Shown one piece after another: positions 19,107 through 28,467 of a DNA stretch of 64,000 nt. The notes under the pieces are model-generated. The model saw nothing but the letters and a program-made list of their open reading frames with translations, had not been told where the DNA came from and ran no database searches. Location: positions 1,174 through 65,173 of the forward strand of contig JAHHQQ010000010.1 in assembly GCA_020026275.1 (NCBI GenBank), written 5' to 3'. This stretch comes from Bacteroidales bacterium. GTDB taxonomy: Bacteria; Bacteroidota; Bacteroidia; Bacteroidales; UBA932. Numbering within the stretch: the first letter of the stretch is position 1; every line of letters starts with the position of its first letter. The position numbers and the translations under genes are program-made.

Positions 19107-20558
19107 TCAATTTCCTCCCACCGTCAGATTTTTAACCAAAACTGTCGGCATTCCGCAAGAAACGGGAACATTCTGTTCCTTTCCACAAGTCCAGCCGCTT
19201 TCGTCCACTTTGTTGTCATTGCCCACAGCGACGATATCCGCCAAGGCCTTCGGACCGTTTCCGATGATGTTCACATCGTTGATCGGTTGTGTGAGTTTAC
19301 CATTTTCAATCAGATATCCGCTCTTGACATAGAAGGTGAAATCGCCTTCTCCAATCTTGACCTGACCATTGGTGAACTCATCCACATAGATGCCTTTCTT
19401 GACGGAAGCGATGATGTCGGCCGGCTGGGAACCTGCGCTCTCCATATAGGTGGCCCGCATACGCGGAATCGGATTGTAGCGGAAAGACTCTCTGCGGCCA
19501 TTTCCGGTAGGGGCGACATCATAATACTTGGCGCTGATCCGGTCGTGGAGATAGGAGGCAAGCACACCGTCCTTGATCATGTAGGTGCGCTGTGCCGGTA
19601 CTCCTTCGTCATCGAAGTTGAGGGCACCTCGGTTGCCTCGGATCGTGCCGTCATCCACTACATTGATGCAGCTGTCACAGACTTTCTGTCCCATCTTGTC
19701 GGCAAAGATAGATTGGCCTTTTCGGTTGAAATCCGCTTCAAAGGCATGTCCCATGGCCTCGTGAAGCAGAATCCCGGAAGCGCCGGCACCCAGAACGACC
19801 GGCATTTGTCCGCCTTTTGGACGTTTCGCCTCGAGTTTGTCGTCAATGTTCCGGACGGCTGCCTCGGCAATTTCGTCGAGCAGGTGGTCGCTCAGCATCT
19901 CGAATCCCATCCGGTAGCTTCGGCTGACGTGGGTGTTGAGCACTTTCTCGCCAGATTTGCAGATGACGGAAACTGCCAGAGTGGCGAGCGGACGGGTCTC
20001 ATATTTCAGCTCGTAGGAAGAATTGAACATGAGCAGGTCGCTGACCTGAGTGGACAGGATGGCGATGATCTTGATGATGCGCGGATCCTTGGCCTCAATC
20101 TTGGCTTTCAGCTTCTGGAGAATCGGAAGAAAGTCCGAAGTGGGGCAGTCGCGCCAGTCTGCCAGCATGGGATAGCGGTCGGCAAGAGGATTGGGCTTGC
20201 CCGGATAGGCCTTGGTCGGCTTGTCAATCATGGCTGCTGTCGTCGCATTGATGCGTACGCCAGTGGCAATGGAAGAAGCTGCCTTGGCGGCATTGACCAT
20301 GGAAGCCATGTCTGTATTTTCCGAATAGGCATAACCGGTCTTGTCGCCTTTCAGCGCCCGGATGCCTACTCCATAATCTACGTGGAATCCCCCGGAAGAA
20401 ACTTCTCCGTCCTTCAGAAGCAGGTCTCTGTAAGAAGTGTTTTCAAAGAAAAGGTCAGCATAGTTGCTGCCCTGGTCCTGTATGATTCCGATTATCTTTT
20501 CCAGTTCCGGCACGGTCACCTGGAAGGTGTCAAGATAATATTGTTGGATGTTGATCAT
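19107..20558 (-). CDS. tldD: TldD metalloprotease
   Basis: GILLHEAMGHAFEAD (HExxxH), FDDEGVP, TGNGRRES, PRMRATY, TCGKEQNVPV. Confidence 0.95.
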   Translation of the reverse strand: MINIQQYYLDTFQVTVPELEKIIGIIQDQGSNYADLFFENTSYRDLLLKDGEVSSGGFHVDYGVGIRALKGDKTGYAYSENTDMASMVNAAKAASSIATGVRINATTAAMIDKPTKAYPGKPNPLADRYPMLADWRDCPTSDFLPILQKLKAKIEAKDPRIIKIIAILSTQVSDLLMFNSSYELKYETRPLATLAVSVICKSGEKVLNTHVSRSYRMGFEMLSDHLLDEIAEAAVRNIDDKLEAKRPKGGQMPVVLGAGASGILLHEAMGHAFEADFNRKGQSIFADKMGQKVCDSCINVVDDGTIRGNRGALNFDDEGVPAQRTYMIKDGVLASYLHDRISAKYYDVAPTGNGRRESFRYNPIPRMRATYMESAGSQPADIIASVKKGIYVDEFTNGQVKIGEGDFTFYVKSGYLIENGKLTQPINDVNIIGNGPKALADIVAVGNDNKVDESGWTCGKEQNVPVSCGMPTVLVKNLTVGGN

Positions 20559-21151
20559 AAATTGACATTTAATTTAGATAGATTCATTGCCTGTTCTTTG
20601 ATTTGTTCGAAGAGCAGGTTGTTGTGGACGACCATATTGTCCTTCCACCCTTGGGCCACTACCTTGAATGGGATGGTAGTGTTGTCTGCCAAAATCCACC
20701 GGTCTACGAGATCCAGATAGTCGGCGAAGAAATAGTGGAGACCCACCGCATAACGTCTGCGGATAGTCTCTTCCGGAATGTTGTGTCCTCCAGCGGTGAC
20801 TCTCGCCTGAACACGCTTGATGGCAAGCTCAGGGGAATTGAGCCAAAAATAGAGGATCGTGACATAATACCCCCTTTCCTTGGCAATCTCGACAATTTTC
20901 TTCAGACTGCGGGTTGCCAAGGTGGTCTCGATTCCGAAATCCTTGTTCCTTTCCATCATGTATTTGATCTTCATCAGCATATAGCGGCTGGCGCCGATGG
21001 CCGCGCTGTTGGGGCTGAATGGATTGAGGCTTTTGGCAAATTCGTCAGAATTGACGAAATCACGGCATTCCAACATTCCTGGCAGCATAGTGTAGGAGGC
21101 TGTTGTCTTTCCTGATCCGTTACAACCGGATATGATGTACATCTTTGGCAT
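20555..21151 (-). CDS. Zeta-toxin-like P-loop ATPase/kinase (COG4185-like)
   Basis: YIISGCNGSGKTT Walker A, FVNSDEFAK, FGIETTLA, RVTAGGHNIPEETIRRRY. Alternative start at 21196. Confidence 0.85.
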   Translation of the reverse strand: MPKMYIISGCNGSGKTTASYTMLPGMLECRDFVNSDEFAKSLNPFSPNSAAIGASRYMLMKIKYMMERNKDFGIETTLATRSLKKIVEIAKERGYYVTILYFWLNSPELAIKRVQARVTAGGHNIPEETIRRRYAVGLHYFFADYLDLVDRWILADNTTIPFKVVAQGWKDNMVVHNNLLFEQIKEQAMNLSKLNVNL

Positions 21152-21334
21152 AAAATCGGGTTTTGTCTGCCACACGTTTTTAGGGACGTGTGACATTTTA
21201 CAAATATAGCAAATTGCTGTCTAAAAATTATGATGGCCGCTACTGAAATTATAATTGACAAAAGGATGAAAAATACTCTAAAAATGGTATATTTGTTTTG
21301 TGGACCTTATTGGATATGAACAATTTTTATTAGA

Positions 21335-22282
21335 TTGGAAGGTCTTGATATGAGAAAACGAGAGATAAAGATGGGACAGAAAGGTGTCAAGATATTTGAG
21401 ATGATGACAAAGCCTCTCCAGAGACTTCCCTTACGGGTTCATTATGGATTTGGAAAAGTCATCACTTGGTTTCTTAGGGATGTGATGAATTATCGAAGGG
21501 ATGAGATCATGATCAATATCGCACGCTCTTTCCCTGACAGGAAATACAAGGAACTGAAGAAGATTTCGGACCGGTTCTACGAGCATTTCGGTGAAATTTT
21601 CGCCGAGGCCTGGTGGTTCGGCGGTCTGACCGGCCGGGAAGACAAGTTGAAGGAACAGCATCTGATTGAAGTGGCGAACATGGACGATCTGCGTACGCAG
21701 TTCAATGACAGCCGGAGCATCATGCTGGTCACCTCCCACACCGGCAACTGGGAACTGATCGGAGGCCTCTTCAGCTTTGATGAAAAGGAACCGAAGGTGG
21801 AATCCACCTTGAACGCCAACGACATCTGTGTGGTGTACAAGGAGTTGAGGAGCAAATTTTGGGATGAGTTCATCGGACGCAACCGCTGTGCGGTCCTGGA
21901 TAATTTTGAAGGCTATACCGAATCCGCCAAAGTGCTGCGCTATGCGGTGAAACATCGCAATACCAAGAAAGTGTACGTATTCCTGACGGACCAGTACCCT
22001 TACGGACAGGCGGCGCGCTACGAGCTCCCTTCCTTCCTGCACCAGAAGACCTACACCATGACCGGTGCCATCAATCTGGCCTGCAAGTTCGGCATGTCAG
22101 TTGCTTATATGAGTATGGACCGAGTCGAAAAAGGAAAATACGTCGTCACCTTCAAGAAGCTGGCCGATGACGCTTCCCAGGAAGACATGGGCGTCTTGAC
22201 GGAACGATACTATAATTTATTGGAAGAAGATATAAACCGACGTCCAGAGAACTATCTCTGGAGTCACAAAAGATGGAAATGA
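21335..22282 (+). CDS. Lipid A biosynthesis acyltransferase (LpxL/HtrB family)
   Basis: SHTGNWE motif, FLTDQ, C-terminal PENYLWSHKRWK. Start uncertain (ATGs at 21350 and 21371). Confidence 0.88.
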   Translation: MEGLDMRKREIKMGQKGVKIFEMMTKPLQRLPLRVHYGFGKVITWFLRDVMNYRRDEIMINIARSFPDRKYKELKKISDRFYEHFGEIFAEAWWFGGLTGREDKLKEQHLIEVANMDDLRTQFNDSRSIMLVTSHTGNWELIGGLFSFDEKEPKVESTLNANDICVVYKELRSKFWDEFIGRNRCAVLDNFEGYTESAKVLRYAVKHRNTKKVYVFLTDQYPYGQAARYELPSFLHQKTYTMTGAINLACKFGMSVAYMSMDRVEKGKYVVTFKKLADDASQEDMGVLTERYYNLLEEDINRRPENYLWSHKRWK

Positions 22283-22283
22283 T

Positions 22284-23342
22284 ATGAACAAGTTCAGATT
22301 TATACTGATTGCGGCGGCGGCCCTGCTTCTGCCTGCGGTCAATAATTACGCTCAGCCGGAAACGGCAGATGCTTCTTTCGGCATCGTGGATCCGGTAGGA
22401 AAACTGGTGTATTGTCTTCCATCCACCTCCATCGTATTGGAAGTGGAAGCGGAAAAGACCACCTTCTACGCTGGCCCTTATGCCCGTTATGCATCGAAAT
22501 ATCTGGGAGTGGAAGCCAAACAGAAAGACGGCGCCACCACCGAGGTGACTGCCATCAAGGTGATCCCTTGTCTCGAAGCGGACCAGAGTGCCCGTTATAC
22601 CATTGACCCGGCAAACAACAGCACTGCCTTCCTGCAGCTGACCGCCCAAGGGCTGATCAGCACCGGCAGCAACGTGGGAGTCGCCTCCGACTGGAGATTC
22701 GCCGTGGGCGGCAAAGCCGATTTCTCCGACAAGGGAGTGACCTCCAACCTCACCTCCGAATCCACGACGCTGTACCGCAATGTGAAGAACAGCGCCAACT
22801 ACAATAAAGTCGCCATCCAGCAGAATATGGTCGTCACCAAATCCCTGGACGAAAGGGCGAAGGAAGCGGCCAACATGATTTTCGACCTCCGCAAGAAGAG
22901 ATTCGAAATCATTACCGGCGATACCGATGCCAGCTATACCGGCGAGGCGATGGGAGCCGCTCTGGAAGAAATCACCCGACTGGAAAAGGAATACCTTTCC
23001 ATGTTCATCGGCTATTCTGAAACCCAGACCCAGAAGATGCGTTACGACATTGTTCCGGAAGCGGACAAGACCATGTACATCGCTTTCAGAGTGTCCCAGA
23101 GCGCAGGCCTGGTTCCGGCGGACGACATGACTGGCAAACCATACATGTTGAATCTGGTGCCGCAGCCGATTGGGGAGGTACCGGAGTCCGGCAGGAAATA
23201 CAAGGGAGAGGTCGCCCACTACAGAATTCCGGCAATCTGTGACCTCAAGATTACGGACGGAGTCAATGTATTGCTCCAGAACCGTATTCCGGTCTATCAG
23301 TTCGGAGTCGAGAGCTCTTTCCCGCTCAAAAGCAGGAAATAG
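22284..23342 (+). CDS. DUF4831-like exported protein
   Basis: Signal peptide; VYCLP...AGPYARYASKYLG...AKEAANMIFDLRKKRFEIITGD pattern. Confidence 0.7.
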   Translation: MNKFRFILIAAAALLLPAVNNYAQPETADASFGIVDPVGKLVYCLPSTSIVLEVEAEKTTFYAGPYARYASKYLGVEAKQKDGATTEVTAIKVIPCLEADQSARYTIDPANNSTAFLQLTAQGLISTGSNVGVASDWRFAVGGKADFSDKGVTSNLTSESTTLYRNVKNSANYNKVAIQQNMVVTKSLDERAKEAANMIFDLRKKRFEIITGDTDASYTGEAMGAALEEITRLEKEYLSMFIGYSETQTQKMRYDIVPEADKTMYIAFRVSQSAGLVPADDMTGKPYMLNLVPQPIGEVPESGRKYKGEVAHYRIPAICDLKITDGVNVLLQNRIPVYQFGVESSFPLKSRK

Positions 23343-23382
23343 AAGAAATGGACTGAAATAATAACTAAAAACATATTGTATT

Positions 23383-24837
23383 ATGACAATCAATGATTTG
23401 GAGCCTAAGATCGTATGGTCTAACTTTTACGGCTTGACAAGAGTCCCACGTCCATCAAAACATGAAGAACAGGTACAGGAGTATCTTCTCCAGTGGGGTA
23501 AGGAACATGGAGTGGAGACAATTAAAGATGAAACAGGCAACATCATAATGAGGAAGCCTGCCACACCGGGTTATGAGAATCGTCGTGGCATCATTCTCCA
23601 GGGGCACATGGACATGGTCCCTCAGAAGAATGCCGATGTGGAACATGATTTCCTCAAAGATCCGATCGAAACCGAAATTGACGGCGAGTGGGTAACCGCA
23701 AAAGGCACCACCTTGGGCGCTGACGACGGTATCGGTGTCGCTTATGCACTGGCCGTAATGGAATCCAAGGATATCAAGCATGGACCTGTAGAGGTGCTGG
23801 TCACTTATGATGAGGAAACAGGAATGACAGGTGCAAAATCTTTGAAACCAGGCGTCTTGAAAGGAGATATTTTCTTGAATATTGATTCTGAGATGGAAGG
23901 CGAACTCTGTATCGGTTGTGCCGGTGGTCTGGACGGCCATGCCACCTTCGAGTATAAGGAACTGGACGCACCAGAAGGCTATGTCACTTATCAGTTCGCA
24001 TTGAAAGGCCTCCATGGCGGTCACTCCGGTATGGACATCAGCCTCTACTATGCCAATGCCAACAAGATTCTCGCACGTGTCCTCCTTCCTCTGATCGAGA
24101 AATGCGGAGCCAAAGTCGCAGACATTACCGGAGGTAGCCTCCGCAACGCCATTCCATTCGAAGGCTCTGCCATCGTCCTGCTTCCTCAGGAGAAAGTCGC
24201 TGAAGCAGAAGAGATCGTAGCCGAAATCGTGAAGAATGTGAAGTTCGAGACCCAGTATTCTGACCCGAACGGTATCTACAAATTCGAGAAAGTGGCGGAT
24301 GCTTCCAAATATATGGAAGAGAAAGTGGTCCTCAATGCGGTGAAAGCAATTCTTGCCTGCCCTCATGGAGTCTGCAAGATGAGCGACAGCATGCCGGGAC
24401 TTACGGAGACTTCCACCAACCTTGCCATCGTCAGATGCAAGGACGGCAAATTGACAGTGGATTCTCTTATGAGAAGTGCTGTAGATTCCTCCAAGGTCTT
24501 CTTGTCTGAGCAGCTTCGTTCCACTTTTGAACTTGCCGGTGCTACCTACACCACTTCTGGCGGTTACAGTGGTTGGGTTCCAAAACCTGAGACCCCATCT
24601 TATCAGACTGTCAAGAAAGTGTACAAGGAGCTTTTCGGCCATGATATGAAAGTGATGGCTACTCATGGCGGTCTGGAGTGCGCTATCCTTGGAGCAAAAT
24701 ATCCAAACTGGGATATGATTTCCGTAGGTCCGACCATCATGCACCCTCATTCTCCAGATGAGAAAGTCAAAATTGACACTGTCGCTCACTGTTGGGAATT
24801 CGTCAAGGGAATCCTGGAAGCCGTTCCTGAGAAATAG
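23383..24837 (+). CDS. pepD: Aminoacyl-histidine dipeptidase (M20)
   Basis: LQGHMDMV, GTTLGADDGIG, DEETGM, GGHSG, HGGLEC, HSPDE. Confidence 0.95.
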   Translation: MTINDLEPKIVWSNFYGLTRVPRPSKHEEQVQEYLLQWGKEHGVETIKDETGNIIMRKPATPGYENRRGIILQGHMDMVPQKNADVEHDFLKDPIETEIDGEWVTAKGTTLGADDGIGVAYALAVMESKDIKHGPVEVLVTYDEETGMTGAKSLKPGVLKGDIFLNIDSEMEGELCIGCAGGLDGHATFEYKELDAPEGYVTYQFALKGLHGGHSGMDISLYYANANKILARVLLPLIEKCGAKVADITGGSLRNAIPFEGSAIVLLPQEKVAEAEEIVAEIVKNVKFETQYSDPNGIYKFEKVADASKYMEEKVVLNAVKAILACPHGVCKMSDSMPGLTETSTNLAIVRCKDGKLTVDSLMRSAVDSSKVFLSEQLRSTFELAGATYTTSGGYSGWVPKPETPSYQTVKKVYKELFGHDMKVMATHGGLECAILGAKYPNWDMISVGPTIMHPHSPDEKVKIDTVAHCWEFVKGILEAVPEK

Positions 24838-24897
24838 TTCAATTCATTGTAAATCATCAAGTGTCGAAGATTTATTTGAATTTACGTGAATAATTGC

Positions 24898-24905
24898 TAT
24901 ATTTG
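24898..24905 (+). promoter_or_regulatory. -7 promoter element TATATTTG of rpsF-rpsR-rplI
   Basis: TAnnTTTG match with an upstream TTTG (-33-like). Confidence 0.7.
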
Positions 24906-24977
24906 CAGTCCTTTTGGGATGTCATGTACTTCCCGGAGGACTGTAAATATTTTATTAACAATCAATTACAAACCGAA

Positions 24978-25334
24978 ATGGTAAAACAGTACGAAACCGT
25001 TTTCATTGCAACTCCCGTTTTGTCTGAAGCTCAGATGAAGGAAGCGGTTGCCAAGTACGTAGATTACATCACTTCCAAGGGTGGTGAAATCGTGTACGAA
25101 GAGGACTGGGGCCTGCGTCAGTTGGCTTATCCAATCCAGCACAAAGCATCAGGATTCTATCACCTGATCGAATTCAAGGCAGAGCCTTCAGTGATCGCTC
25201 ACCTCGAGACCCAGTATCACCGTGACGAGCGCATCTTGCGTTTCCTTACAGTCGCTCTTGACAAGCATGCAGTTGCTTACTCTGAAAAGAGAAGAGCCAA
25301 CAAACAGGCAGCAAAAGCCGCAGAACAGAAATAA
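24978..25334 (+). CDS. rpsF: 30S ribosomal protein S6
   Basis: [10 protein letters not shown]...[13 protein letters not shown]...GFYHLIEF...RFLTV. Start at MVKQ. Confidence 0.98.
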   Translation: MVKQYETVFIATPVLSEAQMKEAVAKYVDYITSKGGEIVYEEDWGLRQLAYPIQHKASGFYHLIEFKAEPSVIAHLETQYHRDERILRFLTVALDKHAVAYSEKRRANKQAAKAAEQK

Positions 25335-25351
25335 TTGAGGAGGAATTGATT

Positions 25352-25630
25352 ATGGCACAGAACAACAGCAAAAATGGAGAAATCCGTTATCTTAATCCTC
25401 CGACAGTAGAGGTAAGAAAGAAGAAATACTGCCGTTTCAAGAAGGCAGGTATCAAATATGTAGATTACAAGGATCCTGAGTTCCTCAAGAAGTTCCTCAA
25501 CGAGCAGGGTAAGATTCTTCCCCGCCGTATCACCGGCACTTCTTTGAAATTCCAGAGAAAGGTTGCTCAGGCAGTCAAGAGAGCACGTTCAATCGCTCTT
25601 CTTCCTTATGTAACTGACCTTCTAAAATAA
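25352..25630 (+). CDS. rpsR: 30S ribosomal protein S18
   Basis: KKKYCRFKK...DYKD...[10 protein letters not shown]...[13 protein letters not shown]. Confidence 0.98.
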   Translation: MAQNNSKNGEIRYLNPPTVEVRKKKYCRFKKAGIKYVDYKDPEFLKKFLNEQGKILPRRITGTSLKFQRKVAQAVKRARSIALLPYVTDLLK

Positions 25631-25648
25631 TCTAAAGGAGAAAGCAAT

Positions 25649-26098
25649 ATGGAAGTTATTTTGAAGAAAGACGTGGCTAATCTTGGCCATGCAGATGAAG
25701 TCGTAAAAGTTAAAGCTGGCTACGCTATCAATTACCTCGTTCCGCAGGGATTTGCTGCCGTTGCTACTCCTTCAGCTCTCAAACAGCACGCAGAGACTGT
25801 CCGTCAGCGTGCTCACAAAGAGGCTAAGTTGGTTGCTGAGGCAGAAGCACTTGCGGCAAAGGTTTCATCTTTGCTCGTAAAGGTTGCTGTAAAGGTCAGC
25901 GAGACCGGCAAGATCTATGGTTCCGTCACTACAGCTCAGCTTGCTGATGCTCTTGTTGCTGCAGGTATCGAGTCTGCTGACAAGAAGAACATCACTATCA
26001 CTGCTGAGGATGTGAAAGAGCTTGGCATCTATGAGGCTGATTACAAATGCTACAAGAGTGTGAAGGGTACCTTCAAATTCGAAGTGGTCGCCGAGTAA
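25649..26098 (+). CDS. rplI: 50S ribosomal protein L9
   Basis: MEVILKKDVANLG...VKAGYAINYLVPQG...GKIYGSVT. Confidence 0.98.
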   Translation: MEVILKKDVANLGHADEVVKVKAGYAINYLVPQGFAAVATPSALKQHAETVRQRAHKEAKLVAEAEALAAKVSSLLVKVAVKVSETGKIYGSVTTAQLADALVAAGIESADKKNITITAEDVKELGIYEADYKCYKSVKGTFKFEVVAE

Positions 26099-26118
26099 TC
26101 TCACAACAGACATAAAAG

Positions 26119-26150
26119 AAAACGTCGGGGAAAAATCCCCGACGTTTTTT
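26119..26150 (+). terminator. Intrinsic terminator of the rpsF operon
   Basis: aaaacgtcgggga / tccccgacgtttt followed by a T tract. Confidence 0.9.
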
Positions 26151-26158
26151 GTGCTTAT

Positions 26159-26199
26159 TCTTTCCGGCAAGAGACCAGTATGGCTCTTTGCCGGAAAGA
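26159..26199 (-). terminator. Hairpin at the 3' end of the acyl-CoA ligase gene
   Basis: tctttccggcaa...ttgccggaaaga inverted repeat. Confidence 0.6.
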
Positions 26200-26200
26200 G

Positions 26201-27910
26201 TTATTTCATCTCTTCTTCTTTTTCTTTGTTGTTCTGCATTTCTGCGGCCTTCACATCGTCGCCCTTGGCATCCTTGTATTTGAAACGGCGGATCTTGTGG
26301 GTGGCAGTCTTCTCGAACGGCTCTTTCATCACTTCCACCATATTGACCTTGGACTGCTTGCCGACATGTTTGTTGACATAGTCCAGCACTGCCTTCTTCT
26401 TGGCAATCAGATTTTCAAAGAATTTGTCTTCAGAAGCCTGATCCCAATCCAGCACGTTGTCATCAAATTTGATGAGAGCGACCAACTGCCCATTTCGTTC
26501 CATGACCAGAGATTCGTTCACTCCGCTGAAATTGTTGATGACCTGTTCGATTTCCTCCGGATAAATGTTCTCGCCGGAAGCGCCCAGAATCATGTTGTTC
26601 AGACGGCCCTTGATGTAGAAGCGTCCTTTGGAGTCCATGGTGGCCAGATCATTGGTCCTGAACCAGCCGTCGTCACTCAATACCGTTCTGGTCCTGTCCG
26701 GATCCCTGTAGTAGCCCAGCATCACATTGTCACCTTTGACGATGATTTCACCTTCACCCGTTTCCGGATTCACATTGTCCAACTTGACTTCCACATTGTA
26801 TGCCGGCACACCGATAGAGCCGACCACTGTTTTGCCGACGCCTGCATTGGTGACAAGGGGAGCGGTCTCTGTCAGACCATAGCCGATGGCATAAGGAAAG
26901 TGCGCCTTGATGAGGAACTCCTCCACTGTATTGTCCAGTTTGGAACCGCCTATTCCGAAAAATCTCAACTTTCCTCCGAAAGTGGATTTCAGTTTGCTGC
27001 CGATCAGACGGTAGAGCATATTGGGTGTATGTTTCTGCATCCAGGAAAGGACACGGCTTTTCTTGATGGTCGGAATGACACTGGTCTTGTAGATCTTTTC
27101 AATGATCAGCGGTACAGAACACATGATGGTAGGCCGTACTTTTTTCAAGGCTGCCATCAGAATAGTCGGTGTAGGAGCTTTCTTGATGTAATAGACACAG
27201 CCGCCAACATATAGAGGATAGAGGAGGCTGAATGCCATTTCATAAGTGTGAGACATCGGCAGAACGGACAGCCATTTGTCCCGGCTGTTGCATTTCTGTG
27301 TATGAGAGGCCGCTATGATGTTCTGACATAAATTACGATGGCTCAGCATGACTCCTTTTGCATTTCCAGAAGTTCCTGAGGTATAGATGATACAGGCAAG
27401 ATCATCTGGTTGAGGCTCTTTCAGCCAACCTTCGCATTTGAACGCCTCTTCTTCTCTCTTGATTGTCTCAAAAGTCTCTATGTCAATGACCAGTGTCAGA
27501 CTGTCAATGATTTCCTGACTGACTCTGGGAAGAAGTTTTTTGGAAACGAACAGTACCTTTGTTCCGGAATGTTTGATGATGTTGGAGACTTCTGTTTCGG
27601 AAGAATCCGGAAGAATCGGTACTGCCACTCTGCCGAATGCAACTGCAGAAAACATCGTGACAGTCCAGTTAGGCATATTCTGAGAAAGGATGGCTACTTT
27701 GTCTCCTGCACTGATGCAGAATCTCGACATCCTGTGGGACAATTCCAGACATTGATGCCTGAAACTGTCATACGTGTAGGCTTGGGTTCCGTCTACAAAT
27801 TGAGAAAGTTTGCGAGGAGCATAGGCTACTGTTGCATACTCAAAAAGTCTCGCCAATGTGGTGATATAGGTCTCTTTGCTTGTAGTCAGTTTTTTATAAA
27901 TCCTACTCAT
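26201..27910 (-). CDS. Long-chain fatty acid-CoA ligase (AMP-binding)
   Basis: IIYTSGTSGNAKGVMLSH, GYGLTET, GWFRTND, GENIYPEEIE. Start at MSRIY avoids overlap with the upstream gene. Confidence 0.92.
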   Translation of the reverse strand: MSRIYKKLTTSKETYITTLARLFEYATVAYAPRKLSQFVDGTQAYTYDSFRHQCLELSHRMSRFCISAGDKVAILSQNMPNWTVTMFSAVAFGRVAVPILPDSSETEVSNIIKHSGTKVLFVSKKLLPRVSQEIIDSLTLVIDIETFETIKREEEAFKCEGWLKEPQPDDLACIIYTSGTSGNAKGVMLSHRNLCQNIIAASHTQKCNSRDKWLSVLPMSHTYEMAFSLLYPLYVGGCVYYIKKAPTPTILMAALKKVRPTIMCSVPLIIEKIYKTSVIPTIKKSRVLSWMQKHTPNMLYRLIGSKLKSTFGGKLRFFGIGGSKLDNTVEEFLIKAHFPYAIGYGLTETAPLVTNAGVGKTVVGSIGVPAYNVEVKLDNVNPETGEGEIIVKGDNVMLGYYRDPDRTRTVLSDDGWFRTNDLATMDSKGRFYIKGRLNNMILGASGENIYPEEIEQVINNFSGVNESLVMERNGQLVALIKFDDNVLDWDQASEDKFFENLIAKKKAVLDYVNKHVGKQSKVNMVEVMKEPFEKTATHKIRRFKYKDAKGDDVKAAEMQNNKEKEEEMK

Positions 27911-27911
27911 A

Positions 27912-28463
27912 TTAATGTGTGATAAATTTGTCTTTATGTTTTCCCTCCAGATGCAGCTCTTCATAGAGTGCCTGGATCTTGTCCGTATCTTCACGGGCAT
28001 TGTCAGAAATTTCAAATTTCTGGCCGACACTGATACGTTTCGTGTTCCAGTCGAAATAACCCAGATAGACAGGACAGCCGACTTCTTTGGCGATCAGGTG
28101 ATATCCTGTTTTCCAACGTCTGACGGGTTTCCTGCTTCCTTCCGGAGCGATGGCAATGATGAATTCATCTTTCTTCTCCATTTCGGCAATAAGGCTCTTC
28201 ATCATGTTGGTCGGATTGCTTCTGTCCACTGGAATTCCACCCAGTTTCCTCAGAATCCAGTTCATCGGTCCCCAGAAGAATTCCTTCTTGATCATGACGT
28301 ATGCCTTCTTGTCAAATTGAGCATAGAAAAGATAAGATACTACAAAGTCCCATGCAGAGGTATGCGGTACCCCTAGAATGACTGCCTTTTTTTCCTGACA
28401 TGGGCCTCCAATACTGGTCCAGCCCATTGCCTTCAATAGAAATCCACAAAATTTAGCCCACAT
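27912..28463 (-). CDS. PlsC-family 1-acyl-glycerol-3-phosphate acyltransferase
   Basis: PHTSAWD (HxxxxD), GGIPVDR, IAPEGSR. Start at MWAKF. Confidence 0.9.
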   Translation of the reverse strand: MWAKFCGFLLKAMGWTSIGGPCQEKKAVILGVPHTSAWDFVVSYLFYAQFDKKAYVMIKKEFFWGPMNWILRKLGGIPVDRSNPTNMMKSLIAEMEKKDEFIIAIAPEGSRKPVRRWKTGYHLIAKEVGCPVYLGYFDWNTKRISVGQKFEISDNAREDTDKIQALYEELHLEGKHKDKFITH

Positions 28464-28467
28464 AAAA

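Noticed and set aside
18960..20720. 586-aa plus-strand ORF
   Set aside because: Antisense shadow of tldD with no recognisable motifs; expected from codon bias.
24894..24977. N-terminal extensions in the ORF track (rpsF, parE, recG, acyl-CoA ligase, PlsC, slyD)
   Set aside because: Artefacts of choosing the first possible start; they overlap promoters or neighbouring genes, so downstream ATGs were used.
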